Assembly: GCA_051362555.1 (NCBI GenBank)
Contig: CM120646.1
Coordinates: 1,612,001 to 1,676,000, forward strand
DNA from: Lingula anatina
Taxonomy: Eukaryota; Animalia; Brachiopoda
Reading direction: 5' to 3'
DNA length: 64,000 nucleotides
The notes beneath the pieces are model-generated. The model did no database searches. It saw only the letters and a list, made by a program, of their open reading frames with translations, and was not told the DNA's origin. The position numbers and the translations under genes are program-made. Of this stretch, positions 35,568 through 48,869 are shown one piece after another (position 1 is the stretch's first letter; the number at the start of each line of letters is the position of its first letter).

Positions 35568-37163
35568 GGGGGGGGTCTTTCACTTGATAATAAAACCTAC
35601 CTCTATACGGCATGATATACCGCCCCATGGCTCGCCTTACAGAGGGCGTCCCTGTGTAGACTGTACTGCCGAGTTCTGTGAACTGAGAATCCAAGCTTAT
35701 CTCTGACATGGTGTACGCTGAAATAAGGAGACAATGCTCAATTTGTCAAATATTAGTTGTATCAATGGCTTTCATAATAAATTATACTTTATATACTTTC
35801 GTAGGCCTAAACTTTGTAGTTATACAATTATTATTATTACATGTCATAGCTACAGCGAGAACCGCAAAGCAATACGTCTAGTCTAGCAATACGTCTAGCA
35901 ATACGTCTAGAGATCACGAAAGTCAGAATGAGAGTTTAAAAACTGGGGAAAAAGATAAACAAAAACGACCAGAAGACACAAGGTTGAAGTTTATTCCACT
36001 GAGCTTATTCTACATATTATCTCTTGTCTTTTTGAAACTTTATTTTATATAACATCACATTTCACACCCAGGCTAGGAAACTCGCTGTGTATAGATTCTC
36101 TGTATTAAAGTCCCTAATATGCCAAACATATGAAAAATATAATTCATTAAATGAGAGCAACTTAAGCCAAAACTCTTATGATTGTATCAATTGTTGTCTG
36201 CATTCATACCAAAGGCACCAATATTTTAGCGTGTCATTTCAAATCAGCCGGTAATGGCTCAATGCTCTTCTTGTCTTATTTCTTTTGATCTTACATCTAA
36301 GTATAGACAAATGCAGGAGCTTGTTGCATATTAGAAGTGATCAGAGACAATAAAAATAATAAATTCTGCCAATGGCGAAGTTATCTGCATAGTGCAAAGC
36401 AAGAGGCCAAATACAGGAATACCATCAGTGTGATACTTTAACTTAAGTCGCTGATACCTATGTAATGTAGGTTGGGTTCAAGTAGAAAAGGCTTGATACT
36501 TACGTACGCAGACCTCTTATTCCCAAGACTGCTAATGAATATTTTTAAAAAATGACAGCGTTTTACTTTACTGTGACCGTTTAATTTGACCAACAATCGC
36601 GACGGCTTCTAACAAACAGGCTCGTGTATTCTTTACCATCTTAAAAACATTCAGGGACTGACGAACAATGAGATGTCAGTCTACAAATCGTTTTCTGTTT
36701 TAATGAGAATGTTGATAAACATATAAAACATCAAAGCGCCCTGTGTCAGCCGCTAGGCAATGCTCGAGGCATTTTACCTGTTTTACATATATGTTTTTAT
36801 CGTTTCGGTGTTAATAGTACACTATTGTCCCGCTATATAACCGTGTCTTCTTTTTAGACATACATCGGAAGTAATATTTTAAAACCTAATGGTTCAAATT
36901 AAAGCAGCATTAGTATGATTATCGATCTTATCGAATGTTGCGTTTCATAGAGAAATGTTTAGGCCGCTCATCTCGTTTAATTTTGGCTTTTAGTTAATGT
37001 ATCCTTATAGCCCCTTGTTTTTGTCATTTTGTCTTAGTTTCAATTTCAAGTGATTACAAGAGTCTATTTAGGAATATCAGCTACATTTATTGTGTTTTTT
37101 TTTGCCTGCTATACTTTGCGTACTTGGCCATTAGCAGCCTAAGTTAAGCTTTAGATTTTAGAC

Positions 37164-37329
37164 GCATTCAGCACAGTGGGCTAACTAGTCCGAGGGCCAA
37201 ATATGGCGACCCACTACAAAGCTTGCCGTCTAATCCGCTATTAGACACTAAATAGGTTCCCCGTGGGGAGGTATTCAACGGGTCGGCCATATTTGACCCC
37301 CGGACTAGTTAGTCCACTGTTCTGAATGC
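37164..37329. mobile_element. MITE with about 49-bp TIRs, second copy of the 25961 family
   Basis: GCATTCAGCACAGTGGGCTAACTAGTCCG... / ...CGGACTAGTTAGTCCACTGTTCTGAATGC; shares GGGTCGGCCATATTTGA and internal sequence with 26102-26118. Confidence 0.8.
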
Positions 37330-38430
37330 TTTAAACGTGGACTATCTAAAACAAGGAACGAAGGCAGTGGGACGGTGCCGCAGGAAGGGCAGTGCAGGCG
37401 CCATGTAAACTGTCATTAAACAAGTCCACAGAGACCTTATGATAAAACAATCGTGCTTTATGATTAGTCATAATCGTAACTCGACTATTATTCTATAATT
37501 ATACGTGCAAAATAACGGGATAGGCTACTGTCGATGAGCTGACCCTGTACATAAAGACCTCATAATTATAATTTGTCACGCCTCCTGTTGCTTCCAACGT
37601 ACTCGTTTAATCGATCAGCGAGAATCCCCCCAGAGTTTCTACGTAGATAGATAGTCTCAATGGGAAAGAGCCTTTAAGGGAGGAGATCCAGACATAATTT
37701 CTAATAGTTTTCTAAATGATCTTTGTCGATCCATCCTCCATTTTTGACCGTCTTCTAACAGAAAAAATTAGACAGTCGTCAACGAAAACATGAAAATCTG
37801 ACCCTCTTCCGGCAGACCCTGAAGACGGCCTCAGTCCGCCCCTACCTTTACAGGTAACGGTAAGTTAATTGGACAAAGACAGATAGACATCTGACATCTG
37901 GGTTCGCGGTGACAAGTATGCTAATTAAAATACCAGCGAGGTAGCTTCCAGTACAAGGAAGTTAAGTGAGTTTAAGAGAGATATATAACTATTACTATTC
38001 TTGTCTTTAATCCCACATTTACTTTCAGAATAACACCGACTTGTGTCTACCCAAAATGTTTATTGCATGAAAATCAGAAGAACAGAAAACGATGCAAATA
38101 AAGAGATAGCAAGTATAATGGGTGTCAAAACTTCAGTGTTTTTGAGTTTGTATTAAACATGGTTCTTTTGCTAAGCCGAGCCATAACACCAATACCATTA
38201 GAAAGTATACTGTGAACGGGAAGCTATAATGGGGAAAGGGGGGGGGAGGGGGTGAAGGAAGAGGGGCTGTATGGAGCACTTGTTATGTACACAAGTATTT
38301 CTATACTATCAGTATATTTGCTGGTAAAGCGCGAAGCTAGAATGCACCAGAATATGACACCGGTATGTAAACAAAAAAAGTGGAATGTACACTCATTCAT
38401 TCTTTTCGAGTTAAAATGTACAAAGTGTCA

Positions 38431-38433
<3 letters not shown>

Positions 38434-38469
<36 letters not shown>
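38434..38469. repeat. (GA)n microsatellite
   Basis: Direct reading. Confidence 0.95.
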
Positions 38470-38474
<5 letters not shown>

Positions 38475-38480
38475 ACTTAC

Positions 38481-38538
38481 TTGACGCTCTTCTCTCCACC
38501 AGAACCCTCGGCAACTCCTTCCCTTGGCTCCCTCCCAT
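38481..38538 (-). CDS. Candidate first coding exon of a minus-strand host gene: MGGSQGKELPRVLVERRAS (N-myristoylation-like start), phase 1
   Basis: Strong Kozak context AGCATGG; 19 codons + 1 nt, then GTAAGT donor; CpG-rich promoter-like DNA upstream. Confidence 0.6.
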
Positions 38539-39827
38539 GCTGAACCGCTGCACTTATCTAAGACCTCTTTTTCCTGGATAGAATCCTCTTTCGCGCGCAG
38601 TCACGTCCGGCAGCCCTGACGTATTCCCTATAGCTTAAAAACACCGTGGTGGACCAAGCAAACTTAATACGGCAACTGCACCCGCGTAGCACCTGTGTTG
38701 CAAAGCGATACACTGCCCTTGCTCAGTAAATATTTACCTCAGGGTTAAATTGAACGGTAATGATATAAATAATTCATTATCACAACATGTGGAGCTCTTT
38801 TGATCGGCATTGTTCCACGCCACGAAAGCGCTACCCAAAAATTACCCCCTTCAACGAGTAACGTTATCGCCTTATCTCTTTCCCACCGATTCCATAACTA
38901 TCTGATAGTCATAAAATTTCACGTTCTCTGACCGTAGCTCTACCTGGGTAAAACTTGGAATGCAGGTAAATGTACTTTTGGAAAACCGATATTGCAACGT
39001 TGCCTAATTATAGCCTCGTTTCAGTGGTTCACGTAGGCATATTTTTAGATCAATAGTTAACCAGCATTTTCACGGTGCGGGTAGAACCGTGCGTGAGAGG
39101 TTCAGGTCGCGTGTCGCACAGTTTAAGTCGGTTGACGTTTGCGTCTGACAGGCGACGCGCTGTTCCTGTCTGTTAAAGCGAGATGTTATGCCAATCAGGT
39201 GTGTTTGGAGACAAAAGCGACTTAATGGCGTCCCGGCGTGATCCCCTAGCTATCCAACTAACTTGGTTTAAGCTGAAAATTTAAAATTGTGCGCAGAACT
39301 CGCGTCCAAAGATGCAATTTGCCAAAAAATTAATAGTAAGGCTCAGATTGCATGTGCCATGTACTTCGAGGCTCGTAAACTACCCGTATGTCCATTTTGT
39401 GGAGGCAGTATTCACAGGATCCGTAGGTTGTATATTCTGTATAACTCTTTGTTTTTTATATTTATTGTTACATAAGCATGCTATGTGCTAATATAAATAA
39501 AATTAATATATAATTATCATCATTTTTATTATCACAAGCATAACTTGACGGTCGTTGTACATGATTTATTTATGTTTTGTTACTGGTTATTTTTCAGTCC
39601 ACTTAACTTTATAATTACAATTTTTACCGGGTTTGGCAATTATTGCCTTTTCTTTACAGCATAGCTGTATCATTAAGGCTAAGGCATTCCATTAACAAGG
39701 TACACCTAATAAAAGCTCATTTTTTATATTCATTCTCGGCCAATGTTATATTTTGTGTAACATGTATTAGCATTCGTTTTCCCCATTTTTCGATTTCGAG
39801 GAGATATAGACAGATGTCGATAGGAAT

Positions 39828-39956
39828 TCATATTATTGAAATATAAATATCATACATGTACAACATACTCAGTCATGGTTTCTGAGAGCGTCACGCTCTC
39901 AGAAACCATGACTGAGTATGTTGTACATGTATGATATTTATATTTCAATAATATGA
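39828..39956. repeat. Perfect 129-bp palindrome
   Basis: 64-bp perfect arms around a single C at 39892; no TSD found. Confidence 0.93.
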
Positions 39957-40734
39957 CAAAACTGTCCAGAATGATAGTTCTTTGATCCTGAGACAAACCG
40001 GCCTCCAGGGTTAGCCGACTTCAGGTAAACAGCTCCCAAAGCGCCACCTGTGAGCCCTGGCAAAGCTTGAACAAAACTGGGCGGAGGCAACATAGGCACG
40101 TATAACTCTTTTATACTTGTCTGTCTGGGTGCCTTGTGGGCTAGGTGGTGAGGTTATGCAAGTCATCTGTACTTACGTTACTTGTACTTTTGAAGATAAA
40201 GATGGCTTGCTGTTGGCCTAAGCAGGATGGTTATCAGATCCCCTTTAGTGTGTTAGGATATCATGATCTTTAAGGTTTGTTATTATGCTCCTAAATGTTC
40301 TTTTCTATTTGTTTGTTTAATGTTTGAAGTATTGTTCTCGTTAGCCTACATATGTTTTCTTTTGGTCGAAATGTTTTCATGTCTAAGGTAATTGCTTTCA
40401 ATTACCGTAATAATAATATGCTTTCAGTTGGCTGTTTTGAAATACGTGAAAGAATGTGACATTATTTCCTTGTTGACGTCACATTATGCAAAAATGTTCC
40501 TGACAACACAATATTTTACCTTTTTCTTCCTGAAACACAGATATCCGATGAATCACTATTAAGTCTATTACCTCTTATTGCTATGCATATTTGATAATTA
40601 TGGACGTGCCGTGATTACATTAATGTGTTCTAATCACGTACAATGAGACCTTTCTATAGCAATGTGTGAGGTGCGCCTTTTTAATATACTGTCGCAATCA
40701 TCATTTTTTACGTCTCACCTGTTGCAACCCATAC

Positions 40735-40932
40735 TTGCCGCTGTGACTGTAAATGGTATTCAAAACAAACAAAAAATGGGAATTCCAGAATCCCACACAA
40801 TGTGTACAGGTTAGGGTTAGCCGGACGTAGCGGGTTTAGTATATGGGACAAATATCACCTGTACAAAGTAATGGGATCCGGACCACGGTTCCTAGCTAGC
40901 CGACTACCGTTCTTGTCACACGCACTGACGAC
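40735..40932. mobile_element. Second, inverted copy of the 62241-62417 element
   Basis: Reverse complement shares CTAGGAACCGT, TACTTTGTACAGGTGA, ATATACTAA and CTAACCCTAACCTGTAC in the same order. Confidence 0.72.
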
Positions 40933-41574
40933 TTTAAGCGTTTTGAAAATTGCTATCCTCCCACCCAAGAGAAAAAGAAGCAGAAACAAAATTTTACATA
41001 AAGTGACACTGTAATGAATGCATGTAGGAGTTCGTCTGGCTTACTTAGCGAATATTTATTTATTTATTTTTTTTTTAATTTTATAACTTATTAAGGTAAT
41101 GGCCAGTTGGCGCTAGAAACATGTTTAAAAAAAGGACGATGGAAAATAAAGTAAATTGTACCAAAACACCCTTCTCTTGAGCTCGTGCATCAATGAGTGT
41201 ATGCAGAACTCCAAAAAGTCTTGTAAACAACACTGTGTTAGAGCTTGGCAGAAAACAACTCGTATCGGTGGAGGTAGTTAGCTGGGTACATAGAGAAACT
41301 ACAGGCGGCAACCTCTTACACTTTACTGTGAAACTAGAAGGGAAAAGAATAAGGCTGACATTTTCTTTCTGTAAAGGTTAGATTCCTGGGAATACTCGTG
41401 TGCCTAGTTGAGGACTATCATAGCCACTTGTGAACATGAGTTAAGATTGCGTCTAAAGAGCAACTGGTTCGTCTATCTCCTCACACAAATAAACACACAA
41501 ACCCTTATTGCGATGCTCGTTTTACGTTTGATTTTCCAAGTTGCATCTCTTTGTTTATTTACCGCAATTTGTGA

Positions 41575-41612
<38 letters not shown>
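41575..41612. repeat. (AAT)n microsatellite
   Basis: Direct reading. Confidence 0.95.
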
Positions 41613-41614
<2 letters not shown>

Positions 41615-42947
41615 CGAAATGGAAACAAAAAAGTGCATCCGCTATCATGAGTACATATGTAAATAATGTGTGCAAAGATGTAGACTATATCACAAAGCAT
41701 TTCATAACCGAAGGTAATGAAACTAAAGTGTTAGGTCCATCGATCCAAATCCCCAGGTTTAACATGCATCCTCTTGTTTCAAAGCCTTTCTGTATTCTAC
41801 TCATCGCTAGGAGGAGGCCTGTTAATCACTTAAGCTGATTGTATTCAGCGAGGATGCCCGCTGGATCAATCTGCATAGAACAAAAGTTAAATTTGGAACG
41901 AGCACTTGCCTACAAAGAGCATTTTGCGAGAGCATTTGCTCTTTGTTTTGTCCAATTATTTTCATTTTGCGAAAACCAAACCTCTTTACTCTTTACATGA
42001 TATTTACCTACGGGCTTACTGTCCGTTGCCATGGATACCGACAGGCTGTACATATCAGTTAGCTAAGAAACTTGAAATTATTTTGCGTGTATCTTTCTGA
42101 TTTCGTTGTGTTGTTGAACCATTTGAATCTAGTCAGTGTCTATGAGGCCATTATGCGGCAAACGGTGGATGGCCATATTTGATCCGCGAGCTTTCTTGTT
42201 CCGAATAGCATATTTTGAAAATAAAATTTACAAGGATTTGAATGCAAGCGTACTGTCCCAGTTAGCGTACTAAGCAGTTTTTCTGTTTGACTGGGAAACC
42301 GCCTTTCGTGATAGCTGTCATTCAATGTAACGTCCGGTAAAAACACGTGTTAAGTACATGGATAGAGCATTGATTGGTTTTCCCCCTTTAGATTGCTTGA
42401 ATGTTACTTTTAAAGCTAAGGATGCACCGTGGACTTAACATGCTGATCTCAGAAATACTAGGGAATGCTGATGTTTCCCCAGTGACAAACCTGGTTAAAT
42501 TTTCGATCAAACTTGTTCTCTTTATTTATAAATCTTTCAGCATATGTGGTATCGATATCTGATATAATAAAAGAAAAATGATTAAAGTGTGGGCTTTTGT
42601 GCTGATTGGAAATATTCATCATATTGTCCGTTCAATAACGTTTCTCATTGTAGAATGATTGACCTGGTCCGGCAACGGCTTGATCGAAAAGGGGGTTACA
42701 CGCAAAAAGAATGGCTGTTCTGAACCATTCAATTTAGACCGTCTTCTTTCCTTATCTTCTCTATGAATGTTGCAACATTGATCATTAATATCCTGTACTC
42801 AAGATTTAATTTAGATATTCTTTTCTCTGGCTTTCCTTCCGTGATTAACAATCTTTTTTCTTACAGCTTGCCCCAGAAGATGCGCACAATATATTAATTT
42901 TTCTTTTCACTGGACCATAATAACTCTGTCCTCTTAATTAATCTAAC

Positions 42948-43260
42948 GTGATGAGGTCGCCATGAACATATTTGGCTCAAGGAATGTTCTACTGTATCTG
43001 AACCGTGTGCGATCAGTTGCGTATTGCCTGCCAAAGGCTCGGTAGGCGTGCCTGTATTGATTTAACGTTCCGGATAAAAGGGAAACGAGATCGCTATAGG
43101 GGTATCCAGGGACGTTTGTTCCCAATACTCTCCCCCGTCTCCTTCGATGCCCACATTTCATTTGAGAAGAGGCGTAATGCGGCTCATCGGAGCCCTTTTC
43201 GACCACGCTCCGAAATTTGCTCTGGCATTGATGTCTACACATTTTGAATACTTTTGACAT
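42948..43260 (-). CDS. Weak candidate further first exon (MSKVFKMCRHQC...MATSS), phase 1
   Basis: 104 open codons in a GC/CpG-richer patch, but the donor C|GTTAGA is weak and no domain is recognisable. Confidence 0.2.
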
Positions 43261-46200
43261 AGTATTCATCCTTAATCCCACACTGGGATTGAAAACTGAT
43301 TCTTATTGACGCATGTTTTGACCACCTCGTATATTTGACTAATGAAAAATCACTGTAATTCGGTGCGAACCATCAACAGGGATATATATACATACATCGC
43401 CAAACAGATGCGCCCATCTTTTAATTACACCGTGGTTTAGAACGCTACAAAGGTTCTCTGCCGTGAACTTAAAACACAGATGTTAAGGTCAACCAGGTGA
43501 AATTGAGGTATTTCAGTCTTCAACTTTAGTCTTAAGTCAACAACACCGGAGGCCAAACACCACAACGGTTCTGATTTTTTCCCTAGCGGAACCCAGGGAT
43601 TATCGGTTCCTCTCGCTTTGCCTTGCCTGCGTTGGGGTATCACCCTTAAGCCCATCTGATCATAAAATTTTAATTTGAAACTCAGTAAATCATCTAACCA
43701 AGACTCCGCTACTGCTATCTGTATAGCGGGGTGGTGTTGGTGGAATGAGATGGGTGGGAGTAAGTGTATCTTAGCGTGGAACCAAAGCACCATGAACTCG
43801 TTGCACGGAAATCTAATCTTTGGATTAGGTTAGACTGCTAAAATCGGATAGCCGACTGTTGAAAGTCATTTATATTTTTGTTTAAAGAGCACAAGTAAAA
43901 TAAATAGTGTCGAGGCAATATTTCAGTAAATCGACGGTTTTGTAATCTTACAACTAGCAATATACTGTTATTTTCCATTACTGTGTTTAAGCCAAGAGCG
44001 TGAACATGTAACTTCATGACGCAGTTTCTCATTTTTTATTTCCTTCTTTGTACATAGAGCAAATCATTATCCCGATCATTATTTATAACAACGAATAAAC
44101 ATGTTTTCAATTAATCTTCATCACACTGTTCCAGAATTCAGAAAGCGCATTTAAATGAGCGTCAGATCGCGTGTGATCTGTATTTATTGCGTTGCGCACA
44201 TTCCTAATGAATAGGATTAACTGTACATATTTTTCTCATGGAATAGATCGAGACGACTAAAAACAAGTCTACAGTCTGTAATGTATGTCAAAAGACAAAA
44301 AAAAAAAAAAAAAAAAAAAAAACTATTATCGATTAACAGAACATTCTCATTTGTTCATAATAACAAAACTTACGGACCGCCATTGAAAACTTAATGTTCT
44401 AAAATGAAAATAAGTTGCCATTTTGTTTTCATGCGACTCTTGCTTGCATTATATATTGCAAAACTTTATGTCTGCTACAATTATTAAGTATATAGAAGTA
44501 ATGGATACTGACAGAATCTACAGCAGCGCTCTTTAAGCCCATTTTCTGTCGTAAAAGGTGGGTTGCTTTTTTTTTTTTACTTCAGTGTTTCCCTAACATT
44601 TCATAGTTATTACTTGTATCACAATCATATCAAATTGAAAATTTACTTTATAATCAACTGAATAATGAGCTGAAGCATTTTGGGTGTATAAAAATACGTT
44701 TTATAAAAATATGATGTACTAGTTTAGTGCACAGCACTTGTGGTCATAAGTACATTGGCAGAGGCAGTAGAGCCAACCGATACTTATTTCTTTATCGCAC
44801 GACGATCGATATTCCCTTGATGTGGCTGCCCTTCTGCAATCAAGATGAATAATACCCACTTAACCTAAAGCAATGAAAGGACGCTCAAGTTTGATCTCAC
44901 GCAACTCTCGTTACAGACAAGATGGAAGAGACTTAAGTGCCATTGCTTGGATAAACTCACGGAGAGATAACGGTGATTTACTGCCTCCAGGGTCTAGAGA
45001 GTGAATCCCGACTCCGAGGCACTTGCCAAATAGGAGAAAGAGTCCATTTCACTCAATGACGCGTGTGGCATGCCAACGATAAGTATGTATCTACTCAAAT
45101 CGAATTTGGAAGCCCGTAGGTTATGTATTTTATCTTTTTTATCAACTTGTCGGCTGGCCAACTGCTCAACAATCATTTTAATACATTATTGACGCGTATT
45201 AGAGTTTTGGTCTTAACCGCAAAGTCAATGCATTTAATACACTAGAGACGCTCTGGAGATGCTGCCAGTAAATTTCATTACGGAAATATTAAATTTGCAG
45301 GTACTCGTTGAGACATTGGACTTTAGATGATCAGAGTATTGTCCCTTTAAAGAGCTTTCATTATGCCATCTGGCAAGAAAGTTTGTTCAACCGTTCAAGA
45401 AAAAACACAGCGCTTCCCGGTCTTTCTCTTTGCCATTTTAATTAAAATGCCCTAATTGATGCATTGTTTCCTGGTCTAAACGCGATGATCCTCGCTTTAA
45501 TTAAATGTCCGCTTATTATCCTTATTTACTGCCTTGTTTAATTAAAGCGTCTGTGTCTTAATGATCTACTGATAGTTTACGGAAATTCCAAAGTCACCTT
45601 GATTAAAACTGTCAGTAAATCGAGGTAAAAAATATATGCTTGGTAATGTGCTGCTGGTTAATTGAAATAAATTACCGAGGCCCTCATTGCGTACTGTCCC
45701 TTCTGTACCCTTTCCTAGTAAAATTCACTCATTCAAATCGTATTCCAGGTAATCCTCTGAGGTCACGGTGACCTTGGTGTTGTGACGTCAGTAGAGGTCA
45801 GCCTCCTGATTACCTTTCATCAGTGAGAAGTTCTAAAGTATCTCATTAAGTCTGTACAAGAGGTAGAACGTTGAGTGTGTATACCACCTTAGTGGAGCGG
45901 CGCGTTTATCTCGATGTTCCAGATCATAAAGCGTTAACTCGAGTGGAGAGACAGACTCAGAACTAGTTGCCTAGAATTTACGATTCACGGGAAGCGATGT
46001 TCTGGTAATGGGAAGTCATTCCAAGAAGTGTTTACCTCCAGGTGCATAATGTTGGATAATTCAATGAATTCGTGATATATGATATTAAGTAACCGATACA
46101 CGCATCGCTTAACTGCACGGACGGAGAAGTCTATGGTAGTCCAAGTTCTATATCTCATTTGCAACACGTCAGACGGAGACAAGATACGAAGTATATAAGT

Positions 46201-47494
46201 CAGAGATTTTAAGGCGAGGATCTGTCATTTGTGACACCACAGAGCACTTGAAAAAAGTAACGGAACCAGGAAGCTGAGAAAGGAGAGCAATTAGAACAAA
46301 AAGGTAAGATATGCTTGCTCTTCCCAATTTTTCAGTTTATCGTTTTATGAATGTATTGACGCACGCAGGCATAGATAGCAGAGACAATAGAACTGCCTGT
46401 GTTTAAAGTTCTAAGCTGGACGTACATGCCATGTACAGGCAACAATGGTGTCCATTTTATGTGATGCAGCACGGTTTGGTAACTTCTTCTTTTATCAATC
46501 TCATGATCACCATCAAGCTAGTTGCTATAAATCTGACTCGTTCTATGAGATTAACTCGCAGCAAATGAATTTATGCTTCTCTGTATTATAAATAATGAGC
46601 ATGCCGTACTGTCTCCTACATTTTGGAAGAATGCCATATTTATAGTGGTCCAAAATGGGCGGCCAATTTCTGATATTTTACCTGTTAACATTATAATGAA
46701 CCTGTTATAAATTTACAAATTATCACTCTGATGTACTGTGTTCACATACATCAGAATTCATTTACACTTTTGCTTTTTACTTGTTTTGCAAGTGCGCCGT
46801 ATTATGATTATCCTTCGCACTGATTTTATGTAAACTTGTAGTTTTTTTAAAAGAACTGAAATATTTTATATGTCATGATGTGCATATATTCAAAATGTGT
46901 GTCACTGTTGTTGTTACGTCAAACCTGACATTTTCTAAAAGAAAGAATTGCTACCTGTAAGCTAGTTAATAGGAGCAAAGCGGAAATGCGTGAAAAACAA
47001 CTTTGACGGCGTCAAGAAGCCACGTACATGCTTCCAAGAAACGCTGTTTAATGAAGAGAATGTCGCATCCAAAAGATCAGAGACGGAACCATCAAGTTAT
47101 GTCATTCTTGTTTGTTGGCATCTTTCAAAATCTGAAATAATATCTCTGAACTAGAATTTTTTTAGACTAACTTTGTTAAAAGTTTACTTCTAAATTGCAG
47201 CGATATCCCTCAAATCGTCCCTGAATATGGATTGTTGTATTCAACCTCGAGTGCACCCCCTCCCCTCCCTTCTACCCGTACCCCACCCCCCTCAGCCCCC
47301 CAATGTGCCAAACTTAATGGCAACTCCAAGTTCTGTCAGTTTGGGTGTAGATGTGCACTTTACATGAAAGTAATATGAGGTAGGTAGTTTGCAAGGTAAA
47401 AAGTCCACGTCTAATTACGTGACCTCTTGGTTGAGCTGATGCTCCACCAGGTAATTTTAATCAATAATGGCAGGGGTGGGGAACAGAATGGGCG

Positions 47495-47495
<1 letters not shown>

Positions 47496-47525
<30 letters not shown>
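47496..47525. repeat. (TG)n microsatellite
   Basis: Direct reading. Confidence 0.95.
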
Positions 47526-47530
<5 letters not shown>

Positions 47531-48869
47531 TGGGGCGAGATACGCATTTTCTCCACACCCCAATCCCTGGGACTGTTTCACAAAAGATTGGCTTTGAATT
47601 AAAGACGAAATTTTGGTCGACTCACCGTGCAAGATGTACGCAGATAAAACAAGATTCCACTTAAAAATGTTCTGGTTTGAATCATTAGATAAGTCCTTCT
47701 TTTTATATAACAGGCGCAAAATGAGATTTGAATATCTTAGGTCCAAGTAAAGCACAGATCTGGTTTTAAAGATTGAAGCAATTTCAGACTGAAGGTGTTT
47801 TTTGTGGAACCTGTTCAGGTCCTCCTTTTTGGATGCACATGTTCGTTTCTGTCCTTTCCGTTCTTCCTTTAAATTAGAAATTATTTCATTGTTTGGTATA
47901 CATAGCAGACCTTTCCGGTCGTTTTAGTTAAAGAAGAATATGAAATGCATTAAAAAGAGTAGATTGATTGTGTGTTGCCACTCTATGTGCACTGTGCATG
48001 TGTGCAGTCTTTCTGGTCTTCCTACAATTCTATTATAAATAATTAATTCCATGATATTTCTATGATTGATAATAGAGATATTATAGAATTAATTATTTAT
48101 AATTAATTGTATAATAAAAATATTATAGAATTAATTAAAATAATAAATTCTATACTATTTCTTTTGTCTGTTTTCCACATGAGTGTAACTGCGCTGAATT
48201 CAGCATTCTCTTCTATTGCGCTTTTAAAAGTACTGGAATGAATAATATACCTGGCCCCTCCTACAGTTAAACACAACACGCCTCATATTGCAGGAACCGT
48301 GCTTCTGGCATTGTCGACAGGTCAACAGAGGTTTCTATGCGATCTTAAAGTGGTGTAAGGCAAGCAATTTGCAGTTAAATGCTGGAGTCCTTTCATTAAT
48401 TTATCAGCGTACATGCGATGCGAATGTTAAACACTGTCGCTTGGTTCGCCTACATGGCGTTCGATAAACACGTATCAGATTTGGATTACTGTCTATATAT
48501 ATACTCAGTCGAGTGTTGAATATCATTAGTTCCCAGAGGAAATCATGACTGTATAAACCTCCTTTTCTTTGTTCCGTTGGTAGGTACATTGGCACGGAAC
48601 CCACGTTACCTCCAGAGTCGACGCAACAATCGGATATCATTGATGTGCTCAATATCGCTCTGAATAGCCGCAATGCAAGGTATTGTGGACAAGGTGAAAC
48701 TGAAGAATGAATCTTGGGTTAATGTTCACGAGATCGCATCGGTCACAGGTTGCATAGCCTAACTTCCATTTAGGTGAGTCACGCGACACGGTATTGGAAC
48801 TTTGGAGAAGCAGGAGAGCGGAGCCGTTGGCAGCAATTCAGTGAATACAATCCACGTGTTTAAAGGCAA

